Source: an uncultured Fibrobacterota bacterium (lineage in GTDB: Bacteria > Fibrobacterota > Chitinivibrionia > Chitinivibrionales > FEN-1185). Taken from it: 64,000 nucleotides of DNA. The stretch spans positions 64,001 through 128,000 of the forward strand of contig CAVSQB010000009.1 in assembly GCA_963729895.1 (NCBI GenBank), given 5' to 3'. Numbering within the stretch: the stretch's first letter is position 1; each line of letters opens with the position of its first letter. Positions 8,615 through 18,600 of this stretch are shown here, in pieces. The notes beneath the pieces were generated by a model that saw only the letters and a program-made list of their open reading frames with translations, was not told the DNA's origin and did no database searches. The position numbers were made by a program, and so were the translations under genes.

Positions 8615-9908
8615 GGGGACCTCTAAAAATTCTGTAAAATAGTAGATTCCAAGATCATGTTGACAGATAGTATTATTTCGCGATGTCAGGGCGTCTATTT
8701 GTCTGATAGGTGCCCAAAACTGTTCTTTTTTCGGTCCCTTTGGGGGCCTTGTGCGGTCCTGTCCCGCTTTTCAGGCGTGGCACTCAAGATATGCAAAGCG
8801 TTTTATGTTGTAAACCAGGTTCAGGAGTCCTATCTTCGCCGCGGCCCTCAGCCGCCCGATACACCTGATCCTGCCACGAAACATGATTTCTATTTGAGCA
8901 AACACATGTTCTATACGCGATCTGACTTTGGATTTCTTCCGGTTCTGTGCCAATTGTGCTTCCGTCAATGGTGCGCCACGAGTCCCTTTGACACATATTT
9001 TGCTTCTGTACCAGAGATAATCAAGCCTTTGTTCCGCCTTTTCCGAATGATACGCGCTGTCGGCAAACACGTCCGCGTTCGTGTTCTCAGGATTAAGGAG
9101 AGGTTCAAGCATATTGGAGTCGTGCACTTCTGCGGATGTCGCCGCATAGTCTCGAATGATTTTATGCTTCGCGTCTACCGACGCATGGTTCTTGTAGCCA
9201 AAAAACGTCTGATCGTTCTTCTTCGTCCATCGCGCATCAACATCTTTCTGACGAAGTTTCTCAGGGTGCTTTTCCCATTCCTGCGGCGTGCCCCCGTTCT
9301 TGATTTCTTTATTCTCCTCCCGCGTGTTTCTCTGGCGAGGTACCTCGACAAAACTCGCATCTATTATTTGGCCTTTCTGGGCAGTGTAACCCGCTTCGTT
9401 CAACTGACGACCGAACAGGTCAAACAGCTTCTTGACAACGCCTGCTTGTGTCAGCGTTTCCCGAAACAACCAGACCGTTTTCTCGTCGGGAATGCTATCC
9501 TCGGAAGTGAGTTCAAGAAACCGTTTGAACGTCAATCGGTCCAGAATCTGAAACTGGGTTTGCGCATCGGAAAGCCCATACATCGTCTGCAACACGAGAA
9601 TCTTGAACATCAGGATATAATCGTACGGTGGACGACCGGCGTTGCTCTTCCGTTCCTTGCGAAAAGCCTTGTCAATAACAGGACGAAAACTCTTCCAACG
9701 TATGGCCCGATTGATGGTTTCAAGAGGGTCTCCCATTTCGGAAAGCTCGGAAAGGCGATTCTCAAGGTCAAAAAGGCCTATCTGTCCCATCGCAATATCC
9801 TCCAGACGGTAGTGGGTTCGCAGGTTTGTTGTCTGGAATTAAAATAATTGACGAAATAGCCTTTGTCAAGCATTAATTGGGCAAATTAGGCAATTTTTAG
9901 AGGTCCCC
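8615..9908 (-). mobile_element. IS5-family insertion sequence (~1294 bp)
   Basis: 17-bp perfect terminal IR GGGGACCTCTAAAAATT (8615-8631 / 9892-9908); flanking direct repeat CTTA (8611-8614 / 9909-9912); ends ambiguous by about 1 nt. Confidence 0.92.
8771..9790 (-). CDS. IS5 family DDE transposase
   Basis: 'GRPPYD..LMFKIL.LQ..Y.LSD', 'IIDAS', 'FGYKNH', 'VFADSAY', 'RSRIEHVF'. Confidence 0.95.
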   Translation of the reverse strand: MGQIGLFDLENRLSELSEMGDPLETINRAIRWKSFRPVIDKAFRKERKSNAGRPPYDYILMFKILVLQTMYGLSDAQTQFQILDRLTFKRFLELTSEDSIPDEKTVWLFRETLTQAGVVKKLFDLFGRQLNEAGYTAQKGQIIDASFVEVPRQRNTREENKEIKNGGTPQEWEKHPEKLRQKDVDARWTKKNDQTFFGYKNHASVDAKHKIIRDYAATSAEVHDSNMLEPLLNPENTNADVFADSAYHSEKAEQRLDYLWYRSKICVKGTRGAPLTEAQLAQNRKKSKVRSRIEHVFAQIEIMFRGRIRCIGRLRAAAKIGLLNLVYNIKRFAYLECHA

Positions 9909-9924
9909 CTTAGAGATTCCCATC

Positions 9925-11391
9925 ATGAAAAGATACGTTTTGATTTCAACGGTTTTTCTTGCCGCCTTCTGCTGCGGCGCTCAGGCAATCGACACATTGT
10001 CTTTTGACAAGGCCGTGTGGCTCGTTACCCGCCAGAGTCCGGAGATGGTGCAGGCGCGCATGACCCTGGCGCAAAGTCAGGCCGTGTACGACGCGGCGGT
10101 CGCAGCCCAGAAGCTCTCGGTTAACCTTTCCCTTTCTCCCATCAGTTATACCAACGATTTGCAATTGGGCCCCAATAATTCCTGGGACACGACCAGGAAC
10201 ATCAAATCGAGCGGCCAGCTCCAGCTTTCGCAGCCCGTGCTTCTTACCGGCGGCACCGTGGCGCTGGAGGGCGATATGGGCTGGAACGACCTGTACACCA
10301 GTTATTCCAGGGCCGGAGAGAACCGTTCGTTTGATTATCATACGGCAATCAGCTATTCGCAGCCGCTTCTTATCTATAACCAGCTCAAGATGAATTTGCG
10401 CCAGCAGGAGCTCACGCTCCAGAACAACCAGTTCACCTATGCGATGCAGGCGCTCGCCATTGAGGCGAGCATCGCCGCCGATTATTACGGCCTGTACCAG
10501 GACCAGATGAACTTTCAGATTGCACAGGAATCGTATCAGAGTGCACAGCAAAGTTACGAAATTACCGAGGTTGGCGTAGCCACCGGGAAACAGGCGAAAT
10601 CGGATCTTTACCAGGCATCGGTCACCATGACGCAGAATGAATCTGCCATGAAGAACCAGGAAATCACGTGGCAGAACGCGGCCGAGGCGCTTAAACAAAG
10701 GCTCGGCCTTCCGTTTGACACCGCAATAAGCCTGATGATCGACACAACCGCCTCCGCCATGACCATCGACCTGCAAAAGGCGGTGGCGAACGGCCTGCGC
10801 CAGCGCATGGAACTGCGCCAGGAAGCAATTACAATCGAGAATGCGCGGTTCGCCCTCACCCAGGCGCGAAGCAACGGCCTTTTCAACGGAAATCTCAATG
10901 TTTCCTACGGGCTTGTGGGCGCCAGCCCGGAGGTGAACACGCTTTTCAAGGAACCGGCAAAAAACATGAGCGCCGGACTGACGCTGCAGGTTCCTCTCTG
11001 GGATTTCGGAGCGAACCGTGCAACCGTCAGGGCGTCGACGATAGCGGTCAAACAGGACGAGCTCTTGCTTGACAATGAGAAAACAACCATAATTCTTTCG
11101 ATACGCAAGGAATACCGTTCGATCCAGAATCTTCTGGAGCAGATCGAGCTGGCCCGCCAGACCCTGAAGTCCGCCGTTCTGACCTACGACGTCAATCTCG
11201 AAAAATACAAACTCGGCGGATTGAGCGCGATGGACCTGAACCAATATCAGATCCAGCTTTCGCAGGCGAAAAGCGGTCTCGTGAGCGCCCTTGTCAATTA
11301 CCAGATCGAGCTTCTGAACATGAAGGTCCAAAGTCTGTGGGATTTCCGGACGAACCAACCGGTAATTCCGGAGTTAAAACCAAAGGAATGA
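9925..11391 (+). CDS. TolC-family outer membrane channel
   Basis: Signal peptide, two OEP-like repeats ('SYSQPL', 'LQVPLWDFG', 'Y..G..S..DL'); upstream of MFP and RND genes. Confidence 0.9.
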   Translation: MKRYVLISTVFLAAFCCGAQAIDTLSFDKAVWLVTRQSPEMVQARMTLAQSQAVYDAAVAAQKLSVNLSLSPISYTNDLQLGPNNSWDTTRNIKSSGQLQLSQPVLLTGGTVALEGDMGWNDLYTSYSRAGENRSFDYHTAISYSQPLLIYNQLKMNLRQQELTLQNNQFTYAMQALAIEASIAADYYGLYQDQMNFQIAQESYQSAQQSYEITEVGVATGKQAKSDLYQASVTMTQNESAMKNQEITWQNAAEALKQRLGLPFDTAISLMIDTTASAMTIDLQKAVANGLRQRMELRQEAITIENARFALTQARSNGLFNGNLNVSYGLVGASPEVNTLFKEPAKNMSAGLTLQVPLWDFGANRATVRASTIAVKQDELLLDNEKTTIILSIRKEYRSIQNLLEQIELARQTLKSAVLTYDVNLEKYKLGGLSAMDLNQYQIQLSQAKSGLVSALVNYQIELLNMKVQSLWDFRTNQPVIPELKPKE

Positions 11392-11395
11392 CCCT

Positions 11396-12457
11396 ATGCA
11401 CTATGTCCGATCCGCCGTTGCCGCTGCCGGTGCGGCGCTAGTGATTATTGCGTGCGGCACCCAGCAATCGCAGGACCAGAATACCGTCACCATTCCGGTA
11501 TCGGTTGCGGAAATAAAGCTGCGGCCCATTGCCGACCTTCTGCAGACGACCGGGACGGTCACTCCCGACAAAGACGTCTCCATTATCAACGAAATGGCCG
11601 CTTATTACAGTCTCCAGGTGAATCCCCGCACAAGCAAGCCGTTCGCTCTCGGCGATCAGGTGAAGAAAGACGAGGTAATCATCAAGCTGCACGATGTTGA
11701 CTACGAGAGCACCAACCGGGTGAATGCGCAAAAACTCACTTTGGATATCGCGAAGCAGAGTTTGGATCAGGAACGTTCCTTGTACCAGAAAGGCGGCGCT
11801 GCCACCACCGACCTTCAGAACGCCGAATTGGCTGTTTCGAATGACAAATTCAACTACGACGACGCCGTGGAAAAGGATTCAAAGCTCTGGATCAAACCGC
11901 CTTTTGCGGGAGTGATCGTCAACCTGCCGTATTACACGCAGAACACGCGCATAACGGCTACCGGCCAGCTTATGGTGGAGGTCATGAACTACGACCGGCT
12001 GAGTCTCCAGACCAAGCTGCCCGCAAACGACATGGCCCGCGTTCGTGTAGGGCAATCCGTGTTGATGACGAATTACACGGTGCCCAACGACACCGCCCAC
12101 GGTACAATAACCCAAGTGTCGCCCGCAGTCGATCCGACGTCCCGGACCTTTCAGGCTGTGTTCATCATCGACAACCCGGGCAGGAAATTCCGTCCCGGCA
12201 TGTTCGTCATGGCGGATGTCGTTGTGGCCCGTAAAGACAGCGCCGTGGTCGTTCCCAAGGAGATCATCCTGTCGGACCTGAAAGGCAAGAGTGTTTTCGT
12301 CGTCGACCGCGGCCGCGCTCAACTGCGCGCGATAAAGACCGGCATCGAGAGTGAAAATGAAATCGAGGTCGTGAGCGGTCTCAAGGCAGGAGAGCGTTTG
12401 GTGACAAAAGGATTTGAGACGCTTCAAGACGGCAGTCACGTGAAAATTCTTGACTAG
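11396..12457 (+). CDS. RND efflux periplasmic adaptor (MFP), lipoprotein
   Basis: Lipobox IIAC; 'IKPPFAGVI', 'SPAVDPTSRTF', 'RPGMFV', 'SGLKAGERLV'. Confidence 0.93.
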   Translation: MHYVRSAVAAAGAALVIIACGTQQSQDQNTVTIPVSVAEIKLRPIADLLQTTGTVTPDKDVSIINEMAAYYSLQVNPRTSKPFALGDQVKKDEVIIKLHDVDYESTNRVNAQKLTLDIAKQSLDQERSLYQKGGAATTDLQNAELAVSNDKFNYDDAVEKDSKLWIKPPFAGVIVNLPYYTQNTRITATGQLMVEVMNYDRLSLQTKLPANDMARVRVGQSVLMTNYTVPNDTAHGTITQVSPAVDPTSRTFQAVFIIDNPGRKFRPGMFVMADVVVARKDSAVVVPKEIILSDLKGKSVFVVDRGRAQLRAIKTGIESENEIEVVSGLKAGERLVTKGFETLQDGSHVKILD

Positions 12458-12470
12458 GAAGAAATAGACC

Positions 12471-15400
12471 TTGAACAAGATTGCCGCATTTGCCGTAAAA
12501 AATCCGGTTGCGATTCTCATGGCGGCGCTTGGCGTACTGCTGCTGGGTATTCTCTCGTATTCACGCCTTGGCATGGAACTATTCCCAAGCCTCAACAATC
12601 CCCGTCTCTATATCGATTTCAACGCGGGGGAACAACCGCCCGAAGAGATCGAAAAGCAATATGTTCAGAAGCTCGAAGCGCAGGCCATCAGGCAGCACAA
12701 CGCCGCGAGCGTGGCATCGATCTGCCGCGTGGGCAGCGGCCAGGTCACCGTGGAATACGCATGGGACGCCGACATGAACGAGGCGTTTCTCGATTTACAG
12801 AAGGCAGTTTCCACGTTCGCACAGAGCGTCTCGCTTGATACGATCAGCGTTTCGCAGTACGATCCGAACAACGAACCGGTGGTGATCCTCGGCTTTTCAA
12901 ATAAAAAAATTACGGACATGAACGCCATGCGCAAGACAGCCGAAACCTGTGTGCGCAACGAACTGGTACGCCTCCCCGGAATTGCCGACGTCGAGATATG
13001 CGGCCAGGATCAAGACCAGGTATCCATCGAAACAAACGACTATCTCCTGCAGGCCTACGGCCTTTCTGCCGCCACCTTGGCCACTCAGATACAGAATTTC
13101 AACAGAAATCTTTCGGGCGGTTCGATCCAGGAGATGGGACTCAAATACGTCGTCAAGGGCGTGGGTGTATTCAACTCGCTGGCGGACTTCGAAAATCTTG
13201 TGGTGGCCTTCGGCCAGAGCGCCACGACGCAGGGGCCGCAGGATACGACAACGGGCAACAAGACGCCGATCCGGTTGAAAGACGTGGCCAAAGTTTCGCT
13301 GAAAAACAAAGACCCGCAGAACATCGTGCGTGTCAACGGCGTTCGCTGCCTGGGGCTGCGGGTGTACAAAGAAACAAAGTACAATACCGTCAAGGCGGTG
13401 CAGGAAATCTACGGCGCCATAAAGCGGCTGCGATTGTCATTGCCCGGCTACGATTTCTCCATCGTCAGCAACCAAGGGAAATTCATTGATGAATCCATCG
13501 GTGAGATGAAGCAGACCGCACTCATCGGAATCTTTCTTGCGGTCATGGCGCTTCTGTTTTTTCTCCGCCAATTCGGCGCCACGGTAATCATCAGCGTGGC
13601 GATTCCCTTTTCCATTATCTCCACCTTCAACCTCATGTATTTCAACCACCTGACGCTTAATCTCATGACGCTGGGAGGGCTGGCTCTGGCAGCCGGACGG
13701 CTTGTCGACGATGCCGTGGTGGTGGTTGAAAACATCATCCGCAATGTCGAGGAAGGCTATTCCATACGCGAGGCGGCGGTCCGCGGCACGGGGCAGGTCG
13801 GCGGGGCGGTGCTGGCATCCACACTGACGACGGTGGTGGTGTTCCTGCCGATCATTTACCTTCACGGCATTTCTGCGGAATTGTTCAAAGACCAGGCCTT
13901 GACAGTTGCATTTGCACTTTTCTCCTCCCTGGCAGTGGCGTTGACCGTAATTCCCATGCTCTCGTCGAGGTTCCTGGGGCAAAAACCGTTGCAGCACTCC
14001 CTGCATTTTCACTGGTACAGGGGGCTGCTTGAAGGCGCGCTCAAGAAGCGGAAAACGATTCTTCTGTGCACCGGGTTGCTCATGGCGCTTTCGCTGGCGC
14101 TTGTTCCCTTTGTCGGGTCCGAGTTCTTTCCAACCGTGAGCACCCGTGAATTCACGGTTGCGGTCCATCTTCCCGAGGGAACAACCTTGCAGCGCACGGC
14201 GCAAACCGTACGCGGGTTGGAAGTACTCATCGGCTCTGTCCTCAAGGATGCCGTGGAAACGGTATACAGCGAAAGCGGCCCGGTCACCACGGCAACGATC
14301 ACGAATGTCGAAAATGAACCGCAGGACGAAAACACCGCGGAGATCCGGGTGGTGCTCAGGCAGAACCAGCCCATCGATGCGGCGAAAGCTGCGGAGATGC
14401 TTTCCAAAGCCAGCATCGGCGGTCCGGGACTCGCCATTCAATACAAACCCCAGCAAAATGTGCTGCTGGACGTGGTGGGAAACAACGAGCCTCCCGTTGT
14501 CGTCGAAGTAAAGGGCGACGATCTTGGCATACTGGAGAAACTGGCCGATTCAATAACCCTCGCCATGGGGAAGATCAGGGGCTTGACTAATGTGAGTTCC
14601 AATTTCGAGCAGGGCGCTCCGTCGATAGAGGTTATGGTCGATCGCCTGCGCGCAGGCGATTACAACGCCAGCGCGGCCGACATCGCAACCCAGCTTCACG
14701 ACAAAATGCTCGGCAGGACAGCCGGCCAGTGGGACCACGGCGGAGAGCTCAAGGACATCACCATTTTGTTCCCCGAAATGACCCAGTCGCAGCTCGCGGA
14801 CTTTACATTGATAGAAGGGAATACCACCGTGCCGCTGCAGGATGTTGCGCAGATAAAACGCGGGTTCTCGCCAAAAGAGATCCTGCGCCGCGACCAGGTC
14901 CGGTTGGCGCGAATCACGGCCCAGCTCACCGGAACCGCCGCGTTGAGCCAGGTTATTGCACAAATCAAGCGATATGTGGCATCGTTAGCCGTCCCGCCCA
15001 CCTACCGGCTCGAAATTGCGGGAGACGAACAAAAACGCGCCGAATCGTTCCGCGACCTTGCCTTTGCGCTCGCACTCGCGGTTCTGTTGGTGTACATGGT
15101 GCTGGCGGCGCAGCTGGAATCGCTGTTGCATCCGTTTGTCATAATCTGTACGGTTCCGCTCGGGATTGTGGGCGTGGTACCGCTCTTCTTCCTGCTTGGA
15201 AAGTCGTTCAACATCATGGCCTTGATCGGTGTAATCATGCTCGCGGGCATTGTGGTGAGCAATGCCATCGTTCTGCTTGATGCAGTGCGGCAGCTCCGGG
15301 AGTCGGGTATGTCGCGCCATGAGGCCCTGCTCCTCGCCGGGCAGCGGCGCATACGGCCCATCGTCATCACCAGCCTTACCACGGTTCTGGCGCTCCTGCC

Positions 15401-15560
15401 GCTGGCGTTCGGGTTCGGCGCAGGCGCCGCGCTGCGCGCGCCCATGGCGCTCGCCGTAATGGGCGGGCTCACGGCCTCCACGCTGCTCACCCTGGTGGTT
15501 ATCCCCTGCGTGTACGAAATGGTGGAGGGGTGGCGGGAAAAAATCGTGAAGAGAAAGTAA
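12471..15560 (+). CDS. RND efflux permease (AcrB/MdtB-like)
   Basis: 1029 aa; 'GRLVDDAVVVVENI', 'RIRPIVITSLTT'; RND 12-TM pattern; TTG start with AGGA RBS. Confidence 0.93.
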   Translation: MNKIAAFAVKNPVAILMAALGVLLLGILSYSRLGMELFPSLNNPRLYIDFNAGEQPPEEIEKQYVQKLEAQAIRQHNAASVASICRVGSGQVTVEYAWDADMNEAFLDLQKAVSTFAQSVSLDTISVSQYDPNNEPVVILGFSNKKITDMNAMRKTAETCVRNELVRLPGIADVEICGQDQDQVSIETNDYLLQAYGLSAATLATQIQNFNRNLSGGSIQEMGLKYVVKGVGVFNSLADFENLVVAFGQSATTQGPQDTTTGNKTPIRLKDVAKVSLKNKDPQNIVRVNGVRCLGLRVYKETKYNTVKAVQEIYGAIKRLRLSLPGYDFSIVSNQGKFIDESIGEMKQTALIGIFLAVMALLFFLRQFGATVIISVAIPFSIISTFNLMYFNHLTLNLMTLGGLALAAGRLVDDAVVVVENIIRNVEEGYSIREAAVRGTGQVGGAVLASTLTTVVVFLPIIYLHGISAELFKDQALTVAFALFSSLAVALTVIPMLSSRFLGQKPLQHSLHFHWYRGLLEGALKKRKTILLCTGLLMALSLALVPFVGSEFFPTVSTREFTVAVHLPEGTTLQRTAQTVRGLEVLIGSVLKDAVETVYSESGPVTTATITNVENEPQDENTAEIRVVLRQNQPIDAAKAAEMLSKASIGGPGLAIQYKPQQNVLLDVVGNNEPPVVVEVKGDDLGILEKLADSITLAMGKIRGLTNVSSNFEQGAPSIEVMVDRLRAGDYNASAADIATQLHDKMLGRTAGQWDHGGELKDITILFPEMTQSQLADFTLIEGNTTVPLQDVAQIKRGFSPKEILRRDQVRLARITAQLTGTAALSQVIAQIKRYVASLAVPPTYRLEIAGDEQKRAESFRDLAFALALAVLLVYMVLAAQLESLLHPFVIICTVPLGIVGVVPLFFLLGKSFNIMALIGVIMLAGIVVSNAIVLLDAVRQLRESGMSRHEALLLAGQRRIRPIVITSLTTVLALLPLAFGFGAGAALRAPMALAVMGGLTASTLLTLVVIPCVYEMVEGWREKIVKRK

Positions 15561-15657
15561 CGGTAAAATACGTGTGGCGTGGTGGGCGGAATCTGATAAA
15601 TCAAAGCCGCTAAATTTCCCGAAGGGGAATCTGCGAGGGGACGAGACAGAATTCCCG

Positions 15658-18600
15658 ATGATACAACTTCTCAACCGTAAAATCTTCATCAGCGTGCTTT
15701 TTGTCGGCATCTGCCTGCTGGGAGTGGTGTCGTTTCATTACCTGCCGCTGGAACTATACCCCAATACGGAACTGCCCATGCTTCTGATCCGCATCACCAG
15801 CCGCATCGATGTGGACCCGTCGTATATGGAAACCAACGGCGTGATGCCGCTCGAGGGCGCGGCCGCGATGCTGGAAGGCGTCGACAATCTGCTTTCTTAT
15901 TCGGAACCCCGCAGGGGTACGATTTACGTCTATTTCGACAAGAGCGTCAACGTCAAGTATGAATTTCTCAAATTGCAGCAGCGGGTCACCGCGCTGGTAA
16001 GCCAGCTTCCCACCCAGTTCACGGTGGAAGTCGACAAAGTGAATACCGAACAGGCCGCCAACCAGTTCATGACCCTGCAGGTGCTCGGCGACGGCGGGAG
16101 TGACCGCATCCGCAATATCGTCGATCAGCAGATAGCCCCGGTGCTCCAGGACATCGACGGCGTTGCGAGCGCGCAGGTCTTCGGCGGACGCTCAAAAAGC
16201 GTCGAGATAGTCATGAACGATGACATCTGCCGCGCCTACGACATAACGCCGACCCGCGTCCAGAACCTGCTGAAGCAGAACAACAACGCCCGTCAATACG
16301 TAGGCGCGCTGCACGACGGCGGCAAGCGTTTTTTTGTTGACGTGGACGCGGATTTCAGAACCATCGACGATCTGAAAAACATTGCCGTGAGCAACAAGAA
16401 CGGGAAAGTCCTTCTCAAGGATATCGCCGACGTCTTTTACGGTTTCAAGGAGCCAACGAGTCTGAGCCGCGTCAACGGCAAGGAAGCGGTGAGCGTTCAA
16501 CTCGTCCGCGATGCCCAGGTAAACCAGATCGATCTTTCGCACCAGACGCAGGCCGTCATCAAAAAATTGAACAAGACCCTGGCGCCGCAGAACGTACAGA
16601 TCGTGATCCAATCCAATGCCGCCGATTCCATAGAGGAAAGCCTTCGTCAGATCGCATTGCTGGTTTTGACCGGCGGTCTTCTGGCTGTCGGAGTGCTGTG
16701 GATTTTCCTGCGCAACCTCCGGCTGGTGTTGATCGTTGCAGCGGCAATTCCCATATCTGTACTCGGCGCGTTCAATCTTTTCTACCTGTTCGGCATTACG
16801 CTCAACAGCCTTACCCTGGTCGGCATGGCCCTCGCCGTGGGTATGCTCGTTGACAACAGCGTCGTGGTAATGGAGAACATCTATCGGCTGGCTGCGCGCA
16901 GAAACGATCCCGAACGAGCCGTGACCCGGGGAACAACCGAGGTATGGCGTTCGGTGTTCGCCTCAACCCTCACGACGGTTGTAATTTTTATTCCATTCCT
17001 GTTCGCGTCCGATTTTACCATCAGGCTGATCGGTAAACACATGGGCGTTTCGGTGATCGCAACGCTCGTCATTTCGTTGATTACGGCGTTTCTCCTGGTC
17101 CCCATGGCAATCCTCCTTCGGTTGCGCACGGCCCCGCAGAGTACCTTTTCGTTCCGGAGGATCGATTCGCGCACGCCCGCAATCCGTATCTACCGCGTGC
17201 TGCTCAAAGCCGCCTTGCGCCATCCCGCGGTCACGATCTGCGGGGCGCTTGCGGTTTTCCTCATCTCACTCGGCATCTGCCTTTCTCAGGGCAACGCCTC
17301 GGTCGAGCAGGAGGAGACGGAACAATTCAGCGTCTACCTCACCATGCCAACCGGCGCTACGCTGGACAAAACCGATTTTGCAGTCCGCGAACTTGAAAAA
17401 CGCCTGCAGGGCATTGACGAAACAGACAATCTGCTCAGCATGGTATACGAGGATGAAGCGGTGCTCACGGTAAAGCTCAAGAACAATTATTCCGATATTG
17501 CGGATCGCACCTTGCCCCAGATCAAGGCCGACATTCAAAAAAGACTCGATAATTTTCCGCTGGGGAGCGTCGGTTTCACGCAGCCGACATCAAGTTCCCG
17601 CTACCGGGGAAACAACGGGGTGAACGCCAATGCCCGGCTGCAGCAGGTGCTGGGCGCGGGCAGCCAGGACGAAACGGTCGTGGTGCGAGGTGACGATTTT
17701 GAGCGGATGGAAGCCGTGGCGGACGAAATCAGGTTCGAACTCAACAACCTTTCTACGGTCCAGTCGGTGCAGCTTGATGTTCCCGGCCGTCAAGGCGAGG
17801 TCCATTTGTTCTTTGACACGCAACTCATGCGGGAATACGGCATAGGCCTTCAATCGGTTGCTTCGGAACTGTCCGGGTTTACGCAGGAACTCACCTCGGG
17901 CCTGGAATTCAAGCAGGGCGCCGACCAATACGACATCATGGTGACGTCGAAAGGCGCGTCGGTCCAGAACCGGAACCCATCGGGCCACGGCACCGCAGTG
18001 AATAATGCCAAGACTTTTGACGAGCTCAACAACGTTCCGGTTTCGGCTTCCGATGGCACCGATTACCCGCTTCAAGACATAAGCAAAATCATCCGCGCCA
18101 ACGGTCCCGCCAGCATCAACCGGGCAAACCAGGAACACCGCATCGTCGTTACCTATCATTTCAATGATGAAATTGCCTCATCGCAATCGCTGCTCAAGGC
18201 CGCCCGCGAGGAGGTCGACAACACAATCGATGCCATGACATTCCCGGCAGGTATCGCCGTGGAACCGGTGCACGGCCAGGCCGGCCTGAACGATTTTTAC
18301 TGGCTTATCGGCGCCGCGTTTCTTCTTATTTTCATGATTCTTGCCTCGGTTTTTGAATCGTTCACCGCTCCCCTGGTCATGATGTTTTCGATACCCCTTG
18401 CCGCCATCGGCGCGTTCTGGCTCCTGGTCCTCACCGGGCACTCCTTGCTGAATGCAAATTCGCTTATGGGGTTCCTGATCTTGTTCGGCGTGGTGGTAGG
18501 CAACGGAATCATCCTGATCGATTTTACGCGCGTGCTGCGCCGGCGCGGATTTTCCACGGCGCGCGCGCTCATGACCGCAGGTCAGGACCGAATGAGGCCG

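Noticed and set aside
8657..9847. 396-aa + strand ORF
   Set aside because: Antisense shadow of the IS5 transposase; no recognisable motifs.
7202..11358. Long minus-strand ORFs (7202-8608, 9946-11358)
   Set aside because: Mirror frames of well-supported genes in GC-rich DNA; the same applies to 23803-25224, 29938-31218 and 34230-35720.
15574..15657. N-terminal extension of the RND-ABC ORF given by the ORF track
   Set aside because: RND similarity begins at MIQLL (15658); similarly extended starts were trimmed for other genes.
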